From: Candidatus Magasanikiibacteriota bacterium | Lineage (GTDB): Bacteria; Patescibacteriota; Patescibacteriia; Magasanikbacterales; GWA2-37-8 | DNA: 64,000 bases | Assembly (NCBI GenBank): GCA_041666265.1 | Contig: JBAYHH010000003.1 | Location: 2,020-66,019 of the forward strand | Reading direction: 5' to 3' | Part shown: one piece after another, positions 55,921-64,000 of the stretch | How positions within the stretch are numbered: position 1 is the stretch's first letter | How the letters are laid out: each line of letters begins with the position of its first letter | Made by a program: the position numbers and the translations under genes | The notes under the pieces: generated by a model | Told to the model about the DNA's origin: nothing | Databases searched by the model: none | Seen by the model: the letters and a program-made list of their open reading frames with translations, nothing else

Positions 55921-56663
55921 ATGAGTGAAGTATTTAGACCAATTTCAAATACACCGCCGGACACAGTGATAAATACAATTAAATTTTATGGCAGAATGAT
56001 TATAGATTTGCAAATATTTACCATTTTTAAAGATCTGAAAAAAACCGTAGTATCTTTTGAAGGAAATATATTAGACATTGGGTGTGGACTATCTCCATAT
56101 AAGTTTTTGTTGAAAACTGGGGGGGGACACGATATTTCGGCATTGATATTGTGGATGCAGATAAATTTGATTATAAAAATTCAAGCATCACACCTTTTGA
56201 TGGCGAAGAAATTCCCTTCGAGAATGACAAGTTTGATGGGTTAATGTGTACGGAAGTGCTTGAGCATGTTTATCACTACCAAAAATTAATAGATGAAATG
56301 TATCGTGTTATGAAAAAGGGAGGAATGGGTATTTTAACAGTTCCGTGGGGCGGTAGATACCATTACATACCTTTTGATTATTTCCGTTATACGCCCAGCA
56401 GTTATAAAATTATGTTTGACAAATTTAGCAAAGTGGAAATTTCGCCCAGGGGAACAGATATTGCAAATATTGCTAATAAGTTAATTGTGATCTGGGCAAG
56501 AGGGATTGTGCCATTTAAAATTTTTAAATTAATTTTTTTACCAGTTTGGATAATCTCATTATTATTTTTGGGTATAGTTGTGGTTCTGGCTCACTTATCA
56601 TTGAGTTATAATATTGGGAGCCAAGATGATCCTCTCGGATATACAATTAGAATAGTAAAATAA
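55921..56663 (+). pseudogene. class I SAM-methyltransferase (Methyltransf_11-like) interrupted by a frameshift at a G8 tract
   Basis: ORF 55921..56244 carries motif I (ILDIGCGLSPYKFLL). ORF 56151..56663 in the +2 frame carries motifs II/III (FDGLMCTEVLEHV...MKKGGMGILTV). They are joined only if the G-run at 56119-56126 is G9 or G6. Confidence 0.65.
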
Positions 56664-56699
56664 TCAAATTGTTGGTTTAAAAAACAAGAAGTATAAAAT

Positions 56700-57551
56700 A
56701 TGATTATAACGAAAATTAAGTGCGGGCTCGGCAATCAGATGTTTCAGTATGCGTTGGGTAGGCGTCTGGCGCTGGACTGGAAAGACGAACTAAAGGTTGA
56801 TTTATCTTGGTTCGATAATATTCAAGTTGGCGACATACCCAGGGAGTTGGAGATCGACGATTTTAATATTGTTTTAAAAGAAGCTACTGAGTCGGAGATT
56901 GCCAAATCATCGCCGTATTTTTTTTCGAGGACAGTCGATAAAATCCGCGGATGTATAAACAGAAATCATTTTTATCATTTCTATCCACAGATTTTAAAAA
57001 AGAAAAAGAACATCTATTTAGATGGCTATTTTCAAAGTTATAAATATTTTGAATCAATCAGGCATGTATTATTAGCGGAATTTATTTTAAAAAGTGGTTA
57101 TCACCAAAAAGTTGATGAAATAAAAGTGGCAATTGAGAGTGTTGATCAATCTGTGGCCATGCATATTCGTCGCGGTGATTACGCTACTATACGAAAAGGA
57201 TATCACGGGTTGTGTGATTTGTCTTATTATCAAAAAGCCTTGGCGATGATAAAAAGTCATTACCCGAATATTACATTATTTATTTTTTCGGATGATATTG
57301 AGTGGGCAAAAAGTAATTTAAAATACGACAGTCCAATGGTGTTTGTCTCACAACCAGAATTATGTCCCGCAGAAGAAATGTGGTTGATGAGTCTGTGTAA
57401 ACACCACATTATTGCTAACAGCACATATAGTTGGTGGTCGGCGTGGCTCAATCAAAATCCAGAAAAGATTGTCATTGCTCCCAAGCGCTGGATACGGGCA
57501 GCTGACATCAACACCGAAGATTTAATTCCGAGTAATTGGCTGCAAATATAA
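56700..57551 (+). CDS. alpha-1,2-fucosyltransferase (GT11 family)
   Basis: CGLGNQMFQYALGRRLA, the GT11 hallmark; 283 aa. Confidence 0.8.
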   Translation: MIITKIKCGLGNQMFQYALGRRLALDWKDELKVDLSWFDNIQVGDIPRELEIDDFNIVLKEATESEIAKSSPYFFSRTVDKIRGCINRNHFYHFYPQILKKKKNIYLDGYFQSYKYFESIRHVLLAEFILKSGYHQKVDEIKVAIESVDQSVAMHIRRGDYATIRKGYHGLCDLSYYQKALAMIKSHYPNITLFIFSDDIEWAKSNLKYDSPMVFVSQPELCPAEEMWLMSLCKHHIIANSTYSWWSAWLNQNPEKIVIAPKRWIRAADINTEDLIPSNWLQI

Positions 57552-57554
57552 ACT

Positions 57555-58301
57555 ATGTCGCAGGTGAGTGTTATAATGGTTTCTCATAATCGCGATAATT
57601 TTATCGGGCTTGCGATTGATAGTGTTTTGTCGCAATCATTTTTTGATTGGGAGATGATTATTATTGACGACTGTTCGACAGATAATACCGGTGCACTCGT
57701 TGGCAAGTATGGCGACCCTCGAATTAAATATTTTAAAAATGAAAGCCGAATGGGTATTGTGCAATCGCGCAACAAGGCTCTATCGATCGCGCGTGGTGAA
57801 TATGTGGCAATATTAGATAGCGATGATATTTGGCAGGATAAAGATAAGCTTAAAAAGCAGGTTGAGTTTCTCCAAAATAATCATGATTATGTTTTGTGTG
57901 GAGGAATGGCTGAGATTATTGATGGGAGCGGTAAAAAAGTTGGAGAAATAAATTTTAAGGAAAAAGATGATGAAATAAGAAAAATAATGCTATTAAGCAA
58001 TCAGCTTGTTCATTCTTCGGTGCTGTACAGAAAAGATCCGGCGGTCGCGGTCGGTGGATATGGTAATTATGAAGTGGGGGAGGACTATGATTTGTTTTTA
58101 AAATTGGGTTTGGTTGGCAAGTTTAAAAATTTGTCTGACCATTTAGTGTTTTACCGTCGTCATACTGGTGGGGTGACATGGCACGATCGACGAAAATCCG
58201 CGTTGTGCCATTTAAAAATTATAATTCAATATCGTAACAGATATCCTAATTATCTTTTTGCCGTACTCAAAGCCTATGTACGAGTAATAATATCATGGTA
58301 G
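57555..58301 (+). CDS. family 2 glycosyltransferase
   Basis: VSVIMVSHNRDNFIGLAIDSVLSQ...IIIDDCSTDNT. Confidence 0.75.
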   Translation: MSQVSVIMVSHNRDNFIGLAIDSVLSQSFFDWEMIIIDDCSTDNTGALVGKYGDPRIKYFKNESRMGIVQSRNKALSIARGEYVAILDSDDIWQDKDKLKKQVEFLQNNHDYVLCGGMAEIIDGSGKKVGEINFKEKDDEIRKIMLLSNQLVHSSVLYRKDPAVAVGGYGNYEVGEDYDLFLKLGLVGKFKNLSDHLVFYRRHTGGVTWHDRRKSALCHLKIIIQYRNRYPNYLFAVLKAYVRVIISW

Positions 58302-58302
58302 T

Positions 58303-59415
58303 ATGAAAATCCTCCACCTCATCACCAAATCCGAACTGGGCGGGGCGCAGACGCATGTAGCTCAACTTTGCAATTATTTTAAAATGAACGGAGTCGATGT
58401 AGTGGTTATGAGCTATCCGGGTGGGTGGCTGGAAGATGAGGTTAATAAAATAGGAGTTAAGTTTTTTCCAAATAAATATTTTTCCAATAGTCCCAATCCC
58501 ATTAAAATTTGGTTGGCGGCCAAGGAGATAAACAAAGTTTTGCTGAGCTTTGCTCCTGACATCGTTCATTGTCACGGCTCCGCTGCGGGCGTGCTAGGGC
58601 GATTGGTGGTTCGTGGTAAAATAAAAACAATTTTTACCGCTCACGGATGGAGTTTTAACAAGGGGGTGCCATTGTGGTTGAAGGTGTTTGGCGTCATCAG
58701 TGAAAAAATTTGTGGATTTTATACATCAAAAATTATCGCGGTATGTAATTTCGTGAAAGAGTACGGGATAAAATATCGGGTAGCCGAATCGGATAAATTT
58801 ACAGTTATTTATAATGGTATCGAAGTCGTTGATGGTAGATCCGTTGCTCCGCTCAGGGTAGCAGACAATCGTGGTAAGCAGAAGATAAAAATGGTGTTTG
58901 TCGGTCGTCTGGCAGCTCCCAAAGACCCGTTTATATTGATGGAAGCCCTTGCTAAAAGTGCAATTAAAGATGATGTTGAATTAAGTATCATTGGATCGGG
59001 TCCACAAGACAGCCGGGTAGCGAAACAAATGAATTCATTAGGATTAACCCAAGTAAAGCTTCTCGGATCCTTGCCCCGCCATCAAGTATTTGATATATTA
59101 AAGCAGTCTGATGTATTTGTATTAACCACCAATTGGGAGGGTTTTCCGTACGCAGTGCTCGAAGCAATGAGTTGTGGTCTGCCGGTGATCGCATCTGATG
59201 TGGGCGGTATTAAAGAAATGATAACACCCGATACGGGAATTTTGGTAAAAAAAGGTGACGCCAATCAATTAAAAATGGCCTTAGAAAAGTTAGTATTAGA
59301 TTCTGAAATGAGGCGACGAATGGGTGATGCCGCTCGAGAAAAGGTAATAAATAGTTTTTCATTGGATAAAATGTTTCAAGAAACTGCCAAAGTTTACGAA
59401 GAAGTATCACGATAG
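58303..59415 (+). CDS. family 4 (GT-B) glycosyltransferase
   Basis: MKILHLITKSELGGAQTHV...; C-terminal E-x7-E region (EGFPYAVLEAMSCGLPVIAS). Confidence 0.8.
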   Translation: MKILHLITKSELGGAQTHVAQLCNYFKMNGVDVVVMSYPGGWLEDEVNKIGVKFFPNKYFSNSPNPIKIWLAAKEINKVLLSFAPDIVHCHGSAAGVLGRLVVRGKIKTIFTAHGWSFNKGVPLWLKVFGVISEKICGFYTSKIIAVCNFVKEYGIKYRVAESDKFTVIYNGIEVVDGRSVAPLRVADNRGKQKIKMVFVGRLAAPKDPFILMEALAKSAIKDDVELSIIGSGPQDSRVAKQMNSLGLTQVKLLGSLPRHQVFDILKQSDVFVLTTNWEGFPYAVLEAMSCGLPVIASDVGGIKEMITPDTGILVKKGDANQLKMALEKLVLDSEMRRRMGDAAREKVINSFSLDKMFQETAKVYEEVSR

Positions 59416-59503
59416 ATTCCCATTCGGCTGTCGCTCAGGGCAGGCTTTCGATTCGCGGAGTTTACCCTGAGCAGAGCCGAATGGGCTTCGCTCAAAATGA
59501 CAA
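59413..59503 (-). repeat. family A repeat (reverse orientation, long palindromic insert)
   Basis: Reverse complement reads ttgtcattttgagcgaagcccattcggctctgctcaggg...ccctgagcgacagccgaatgggaatct. Confidence 0.75.
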
Positions 59504-59514
59504 ATAAATGATTT

Positions 59515-60252
59515 ATGAAAAAAAATAACCAAATGAAAGTCGGAATATTGGGTTATGGCGAGGTGGGCAAGGCCATCGCTAATTTTATTAACAAGCCACT
59601 GATTAAAGATATCGGCCGTGACGATTTTATCGGTAAGAAGATCGGGGTTTTGCATGTTTGTATACCTGATAGCGTTAATTTTGAAAAAATTGTCGGTGAA
59701 AATATATTGTCAACCAAACCAAAGTTGGTGATTATTCATTCTACTGTGGCCGTCGGTAAAACAAAGAATTTGTTTCAAAAGTTTGGCAATGTCGTCCACT
59801 CACCCGTTAGAGGCGTTCACCCCAATCTCTATCAAGGCATTAAAACTTTTATTAAATTTGTCGGAGCTGACAACAAAAAACTGGGAAAAAAAGCGGCTGA
59901 ACACCTGCGCGAAATCGGTATAAAAAATGTAAAAGTTTATACACCATCCGCGACTACCGAATTGGGGAAATTATTAGACACTACTTATTACGGGTTTTGT
60001 ATCGCGTATCACGCCTATGCCAATAAATTATGTAAAAAAACGGGCGCGGATTTTGAAGGTGCAATGACTGATTTTAATATTAGTTACAATGAAGGATATA
60101 AAAAATTAGGTAAGAAAAATGTCATTCGACCGGTTTTGTATCCACCCCAAGACGACAAAATTACCGGACATTGTGTGGTACAAAATACTGAAATTTTAAA
60201 CAAGATTTTTGGGGAAGACGAAATACTGAAATGTATTTTGAGGCACAAGTAG
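59515..60252 (+). CDS. hypothetical NAD(P)-binding dehydrogenase-like protein
   Basis: VGILGYGEVGKAIA Rossmann motif. The central region weakly resembles the UDP-glucose/GDP-mannose dehydrogenase middle domain, but at 245 aa it is too short for a canonical member. Confidence 0.4.
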   Translation: MKKNNQMKVGILGYGEVGKAIANFINKPLIKDIGRDDFIGKKIGVLHVCIPDSVNFEKIVGENILSTKPKLVIIHSTVAVGKTKNLFQKFGNVVHSPVRGVHPNLYQGIKTFIKFVGADNKKLGKKAAEHLREIGIKNVKVYTPSATTELGKLLDTTYYGFCIAYHAYANKLCKKTGADFEGAMTDFNISYNEGYKKLGKKNVIRPVLYPPQDDKITGHCVVQNTEILNKIFGEDEILKCILRHK

Positions 60253-60299
60253 TGAAGATTCTTCGACTCCGCCCTTTGGGCTTCGCTCAGAATGACAAT
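60252..60299 (-). repeat. family A repeat (reverse orientation)
   Basis: Reverse complement reads ttgtcattctgagcgaagcccaaagggcggagtcgaagaatct. Confidence 0.75.
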
Positions 60300-60323
60300 T
60301 TTCTATTTTACTAAACTAAAATT

Positions 60324-61223
60324 ATGTCCCACCTCATCGTCACCGGCGGAGCCGGATTTATCGGCTCGCATCTCACGGATAAATTAATCGCGCTTGGTCA
60401 CTCCGTCACTGTGGTGGATAATTTAATGCTCGGCAAGAAGGAATTTATCAACAAAAAAGCGAAGTTTGCTAAAGCCGATATTCGCGACTACAAAAAATTA
60501 TCAAAAATTTTTAAAAGCGCCGATGCGGTGTTTCATCTCGCTGCCGATCCGCGCTTGCCGGTTTCGATCGAAGATCCGATCGGCACCCATGAGATCAATG
60601 TCACCGGCACGCTCAATGTCCTCATGGCGGCTAAGGAGAACAGTGTCGCCAAAGTTATTTTTTCATCGTCGTGCGTCGTTTATGGCGATCAGCCTTTGCC
60701 GATCAAAGAGGGTGATTCATTTCATCCGGTGAGCCCTTATGGGTTGCACAAATTAATGAGCGAAAAATATTGCCAAATTTTTAGCGCGCTCTATGGTATT
60801 AAAACCGTGTGCCTGCGTTATTTTAATGTCTATGGCCCGCGCAAGCTCGATGCCGGCGGTTATCCGATGGTGATCCCGATTTTTCTCGGTCAAAAAAAAC
60901 GCGGTGAAAAACTGACCATCGTTGGTGATGGTGAATCCACGCGCGACTATGTGTCGGTATATGATGTGGTGGAAGCGAATATCAAAGCCTGGCAATCGAG
61001 CGTGGACGACGGGCGGGGGATAAACATCGGATCGGGACAGCAGGTGAGTGTGAATGCGATCGCGCAAATGATTGGTGGCAAGACGGTCAACATTGCTCCA
61101 CGATCTGGCGAAATGAGATTTGTGCAAGCGGACAATTCGTTGGCCAAAAATTTATTAGGCTGGGAACCAAAAGTGAAATTTGAGGAGGGGATCGAAGAGC
61201 TGAAAAAAGCATGGGGATTATAA
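60324..61223 (+). CDS. NAD-dependent epimerase/dehydratase (UDP-hexose 4-epimerase-like)
   Basis: LIVTGGAGFIGSHL, ...SSSCVVYGD..., SPYGLHK YxxxK motif. Confidence 0.8.
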   Translation: MSHLIVTGGAGFIGSHLTDKLIALGHSVTVVDNLMLGKKEFINKKAKFAKADIRDYKKLSKIFKSADAVFHLAADPRLPVSIEDPIGTHEINVTGTLNVLMAAKENSVAKVIFSSSCVVYGDQPLPIKEGDSFHPVSPYGLHKLMSEKYCQIFSALYGIKTVCLRYFNVYGPRKLDAGGYPMVIPIFLGQKKRGEKLTIVGDGESTRDYVSVYDVVEANIKAWQSSVDDGRGINIGSGQQVSVNAIAQMIGGKTVNIAPRSGEMRFVQADNSLAKNLLGWEPKVKFEEGIEELKKAWGL

Positions 61224-61230
61224 ATAACAA

Positions 61231-61256
61231 AAAAGAGCCTCGTGGCTCTTTTTTTG
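61231..61256. terminator. bidirectional rho-independent terminator between convergent genes
   Basis: aaaAGAGCCtcgtGGCTCTttttt: 6-bp stem, tetraloop, U-tract on the + strand and an A-tract on the other side that serves rpmA on the minus strand. Confidence 0.8.
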
Positions 61257-61298
61257 TATCGATTTTAGATTCATCGGTTCACTCCGGATGACAACGGC

Positions 61299-61574
61299 TT
61301 ACGCCACCACATGCGCGTATTTCGCGAGTTTGAGTGTGCCGTCGAAGCGCAGGCGTTTGGACTGAGTGAATTTCACCTTGCCGTTCGCTTTGGCGAACAG
61401 GGTGTCATCGGTGCCTTTGGCGACATTTTTGCCCGGGTGAATGCGAGTACCGCGTTGTTTGACGATAATCATGCCGGTTTTGATGGCTTGGCCATTATGG
61501 ACCTTGACTCCGAGGCGTTTGGCCTGTGAATCGCGGCCCAATCGGGTAGAGCCACCTGCTTTTTTATGTGACAT
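61299..61574 (-). CDS. rpmA: 50S ribosomal protein L27
   Basis: [25 protein letters not shown]...RQRGT..H.G.N...G.D.TLFA...G.V.F: canonical L27. Confidence 0.9.
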   Translation of the reverse strand: MSHKKAGGSTRLGRDSQAKRLGVKVHNGQAIKTGMIIVKQRGTRIHPGKNVAKGTDDTLFAKANGKVKFTQSKRLRFDGTLKLAKYAHVVA

Positions 61575-61760
61575 ATGGGATTATATCAAAAATCAAAGAT
61601 AATAACTCAAAAATATAGTAGCGATATTATAGCGTATTTCAACAACCTTGTCAAGACGGAGTTGGGGTGGTAGAATAAAAGGGTAAATTATCGGTATAAA
61701 CTCGATTTATCGCCAAAAATCGCTATTTTTACTTTATAATTTTTTATATTTGATTTTTTT

Positions 61761-62114
61761 ATGTTTTACTCCCCTAAACTGTTTGTCCGTGATTTGTGGA
61801 TCGGCATTCCGCTTGTCGTCACAGTCAGTTGTGTAGCGATTGTTTCGTGGTATGTCGTCGCCCATATTCACCCCACCGACGCCCAAATATTTTTACACTA
61901 CAATGCCATTTTTGGCATTGACCTAATTGGCCCTTGGTGGCAGATGTATTTTTTACCGATTTTTGCCACCGCGATTTTTTTGATAAATTTTTCCGTGGCG
62001 CTATGGTTTTATCGCGCGGACAAATTTTTGGCGCGCCTGCTCGCGGTTCTCGCGGCGGTGTGGGAAATATTTTTGGTAGTCGCGACGATTTTGATAGTGG
62101 GGTTAAATATTTAA
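61761..62114 (+). CDS. small hypothetical membrane protein
   Basis: 117 aa with 3-4 hydrophobic helices. Confidence 0.4.
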   Translation: MFYSPKLFVRDLWIGIPLVVTVSCVAIVSWYVVAHIHPTDAQIFLHYNAIFGIDLIGPWWQMYFLPIFATAIFLINFSVALWFYRADKFLARLLAVLAAVWEIFLVVATILIVGLNI

Positions 62115-62123
62115 AAATAAATT

Positions 62124-62198
62124 CAGTGTCGTTAATATATTGCGTCCAAGCGACACTGCGCAGCACAAGGAGCGGGACGCAGTATATTAACGACACTG
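62124..62198. repeat. 24-bp near-perfect inverted repeat with a 27-bp spacer, in the leader of rmlB
   Basis: CAGTGTCGTTAATATATTGCGTCC at 62124-62147 versus the reverse complement of 62175-62198, CAGTGTCGTTAATATACTGCGTCC (23 of 24 match). The spacer contains a third CGACACTG. Confidence 0.8.
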
Positions 62199-62205
62199 AG
62201 CCATT

Positions 62206-63210
62206 ATGCGTATTCTCGTCACCGGCGGCGCCGGATTTATCGGATCCAACTTCATTCGCCATATTTTAAATAAATACCCGGGTTATTCGGTGGTGAATTT
62301 AGATTTGCTTACCTATGCCGGAAATCTGGAAAATTTGCGCGATCTGGAAAAAAAACCGGCATACACTTTTGTCCAAGGCGACATCGCCGATAAAACATTG
62401 GTTGACCAGCTTGTAAAAAATACCGACGCCATCGTGCATTTCGCCGCCGAGTCGCATGTCGATCGCTCGATTTTGGACAGCTCGGCTTTTATTCATACCA
62501 ATATCATTGGCACGCATACTTTGCTTGAAGCCACGAAAAACAATGGCCTGAAACGCTTTCATCATGTTTCTACCGACGAAGTCTATGGCGCGTTGTCACC
62601 GACTGATCCGGCCTTTTGCGAAACCACGCCCTACAGTCCGCGCAGTCCGTATAGCGCCAGCAAAGCCGCGTCCGATCATTTGGCGCGCGCGTATTTTCAC
62701 ACCTACAATTTGCCGATTACCATTTCGAACTGCTCCAACAATTACGGACCCTACCAATTTCCCGAAAAATTACATGGGTTGTTTATTACCAATTTGCTCG
62801 AGGGCAAGAAAGTCCCGGTGTATGGCGATGGCCTTCAAGTGCGTGATTGGCTTTTTGTCGAAGATCATTGTCGCGCGATTGACATGATCCTTCATGATGG
62901 AAAAATTGGCGAGACCTATTGCGTGGGTGGAGCATGCGAAAAACCCAACATTGAAATCGCTCGCGCTATTTTGCGTTGGCTGAATTTGGGGGATGAGATG
63001 ATCGAGCATGTCGCGGATCGCCCCGGGCATGATCGTCGATATGCCATTGATTTTTCGAAAATAAAAAATGAGTTAGGATGGAGTCCCGAGGTGGATTTCG
63101 AACAGGGCATGAAAGCCACAGTCGAGTGGTATCAAAATAATCGCGCCTGGTGGCAAAAAATAAAAAGCGGGGAATATTTGGATTATTATAAAAAACAATA
63201 TCAAAAATAA
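62206..63210 (+). CDS. rmlB: dTDP-glucose 4,6-dehydratase
   Basis: MRILVTGGAGFIGSNFIRHILNKYPGYSVVNLDLLTYAGNLENL...: textbook RmlB. Confidence 0.92.
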   Translation: MRILVTGGAGFIGSNFIRHILNKYPGYSVVNLDLLTYAGNLENLRDLEKKPAYTFVQGDIADKTLVDQLVKNTDAIVHFAAESHVDRSILDSSAFIHTNIIGTHTLLEATKNNGLKRFHHVSTDEVYGALSPTDPAFCETTPYSPRSPYSASKAASDHLARAYFHTYNLPITISNCSNNYGPYQFPEKLHGLFITNLLEGKKVPVYGDGLQVRDWLFVEDHCRAIDMILHDGKIGETYCVGGACEKPNIEIARAILRWLNLGDEMIEHVADRPGHDRRYAIDFSKIKNELGWSPEVDFEQGMKATVEWYQNNRAWWQKIKSGEYLDYYKKQYQK

Positions 63211-63214
63211 ATTT

Positions 63215-64000
63215 ATGAAAAGTAAAAAAATGACAGTGGCGGTGCTCGGCACCGGTAATATGGGGACAGCGCTCGCGGTGATGCTATCGCGGGGCGGACA
63301 TAGCGTGCGTCTGTGGAATTATGAAGGCGACCAAGAGCCGCTCAATCAAGTGAGAGAAGCGCGTGAAAATAAAAAATATTTGCCGGGCGTGTCATTGCCG
63401 GAAAATATCAGCGCTGAACCGGATTTGGAAAATGCGGTGCAGGGCGCTACAGTGGTATTTTTTGTAGTGCCGAGTAATTTCGTGGAGGCGATCATCAAAC
63501 GAGTGGCTGGTTTTTTGCCTTGCGGAGTAGTGTGTGTGGACGCGACCAAAGGCATGGATGAGAAATCGCTCGGATTGACAAGCGATGTAATCGAAAAATT
63601 ATTGCCAAAATGTTTGAGTCAAGCAGTGGTCAGTCTCTCGGGGCCGGCGATCGCGACCGATATGGTCAAGGGTGGGTGGACGGCGATGAATATCGCGTCC
63701 AAAAGTGAGCGCGCGCTCACCGTCGTGCATGAGGTACTCGCCGGCGATACGCTCAAGCTGATCGCCACGAATGATATGGTCGGCGTGGAAGTGGCCGGAG
63801 CTTTTAAAAATGTGTATGCGATCGCCATGGGGATTTGCGATGGTCTAAAATATCCACTCAATACCAAATCCGCTTTGTTGGTCATCGCTCTCCAAGAAAT
63901 CGCCGGACTGATCAAAAAAATGGGCGGACAGCGTGAGACCGTGTATGGTCTCGCCGGGCTTGGCGATCTCGTCGGCACCGGACTTTGTGGCACCAGCCGC
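63215..64000 (+). CDS. gpsA: glycerol-3-phosphate dehydrogenase [NAD(P)+], 3'-truncated by the window end
   Basis: MTVAVLGTGNMGTALAVMLSRGGHSVRLWNYEGD...NKKYLPGVSLPENI...VVPSNF...: GpsA signature. Absent from the ORF track because there is no stop inside the window. Confidence 0.85.
   Translation, partial: MKSKKMTVAVLGTGNMGTALAVMLSRGGHSVRLWNYEGDQEPLNQVREARENKKYLPGVSLPENISAEPDLENAVQGATVVFFVVPSNFVEAIIKRVAGFLPCGVVCVDATKGMDEKSLGLTSDVIEKLLPKCLSQAVVSLSGPAIATDMVKGGWTAMNIASKSERALTVVHEVLAGDTLKLIATNDMVGVEVAGAFKNVYAIAMGICDGLKYPLNTKSALLVIALQEIAGLIKKMGGQRETVYGLAGLGDLVGTGLCGTSR

Noticed and set aside
61825-62269. Two overlapping hypothetical ORFs (145 aa on the minus strand, 111 aa on the plus strand)
   Set aside because: Mirror-image artefacts produced by the 24-bp inverted repeat; both contain the same INDTE peptide. 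They overlap the small membrane protein gene and the rmlB leader.
63346-63993. Minus-strand ORFs of 69 and 124 aa
   Set aside because: Antisense to a well-supported gpsA coding region running to the window end.

Overview
This 64-kb window looks like a small-genome, uncultivated bacterium (CPR/Patescibacteria-like; inference only). Almost every confident gene is on the + strand and the window divides into four parts.

(1) 1-12 kb, higher GC: a tRNA-like gene, an HTH/excisionase-family gene, an operator-rich divergent promoter, an ECF sigma factor with a membrane anti-sigma-like partner, a 1225-aa Thr/Ser-rich secreted surface protein, an AAA ATPase, an MNT-HepT toxin-antitoxin pair plus an orphan nucleotidyltransferase, and an mtnP-apt adenine-salvage pair.

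(2) 12-20 kb: a 1296-aa secreted protein with a Zn-phospholipase-C-like domain, a lamin-tail domain and beta-helix repeats; an O-antigen-ligase-like protein fused to TPR repeats; and gmd-fcl (GDP-fucose synthesis).

(3) About 20.7-59.4 kb, markedly AT-rich: roughly 35 genes forming a glycan locus. It contains a Wzx flippase, many GT2/GT4/GT11 glycosyltransferases, and a dTDP 3-C-methyl-6-deoxyhexose module (RmlC-like, TylC3-like C-methyltransferase, RmlD-like). It also holds a CDP-3,6-dideoxyhexose module (ddhA, ddhB, the E1 dehydrase ddhC, a tyvelose-epimerase homolog) with very unusual neighbours: a DmpF/DmpG-type acetaldehyde dehydrogenase and 4-hydroxy-2-oxovalerate aldolase pair, a YerE/acetolactate-synthase-like ThDP enzyme, an AspC-class aminotransferase and a split transketolase. 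The locus further carries a B12-binding radical SAM enzyme, a GtrB-like polyprenyl-phosphate glycosyltransferase with a giant membrane protein, an FkbM methyltransferase, a carbamoyltransferase, a frameshifted class I methyltransferase and an alpha-1,2-fucosyltransferase.

(4) 59.5-64 kb, higher GC again: an epimerase, rpmA on the minus strand, rmlB and partial gpsA.

Two families of structured intergenic repeats lie outside the AT-rich island: a nested-hairpin TGTCATYCYGAGC...GAAGRATCT family with about 20 copies, and a conserved terminator module with three copies. One repeat array sits in-frame inside a coding region and another supplies a stop codon.

No CRISPR array, rRNA or transposase was found.
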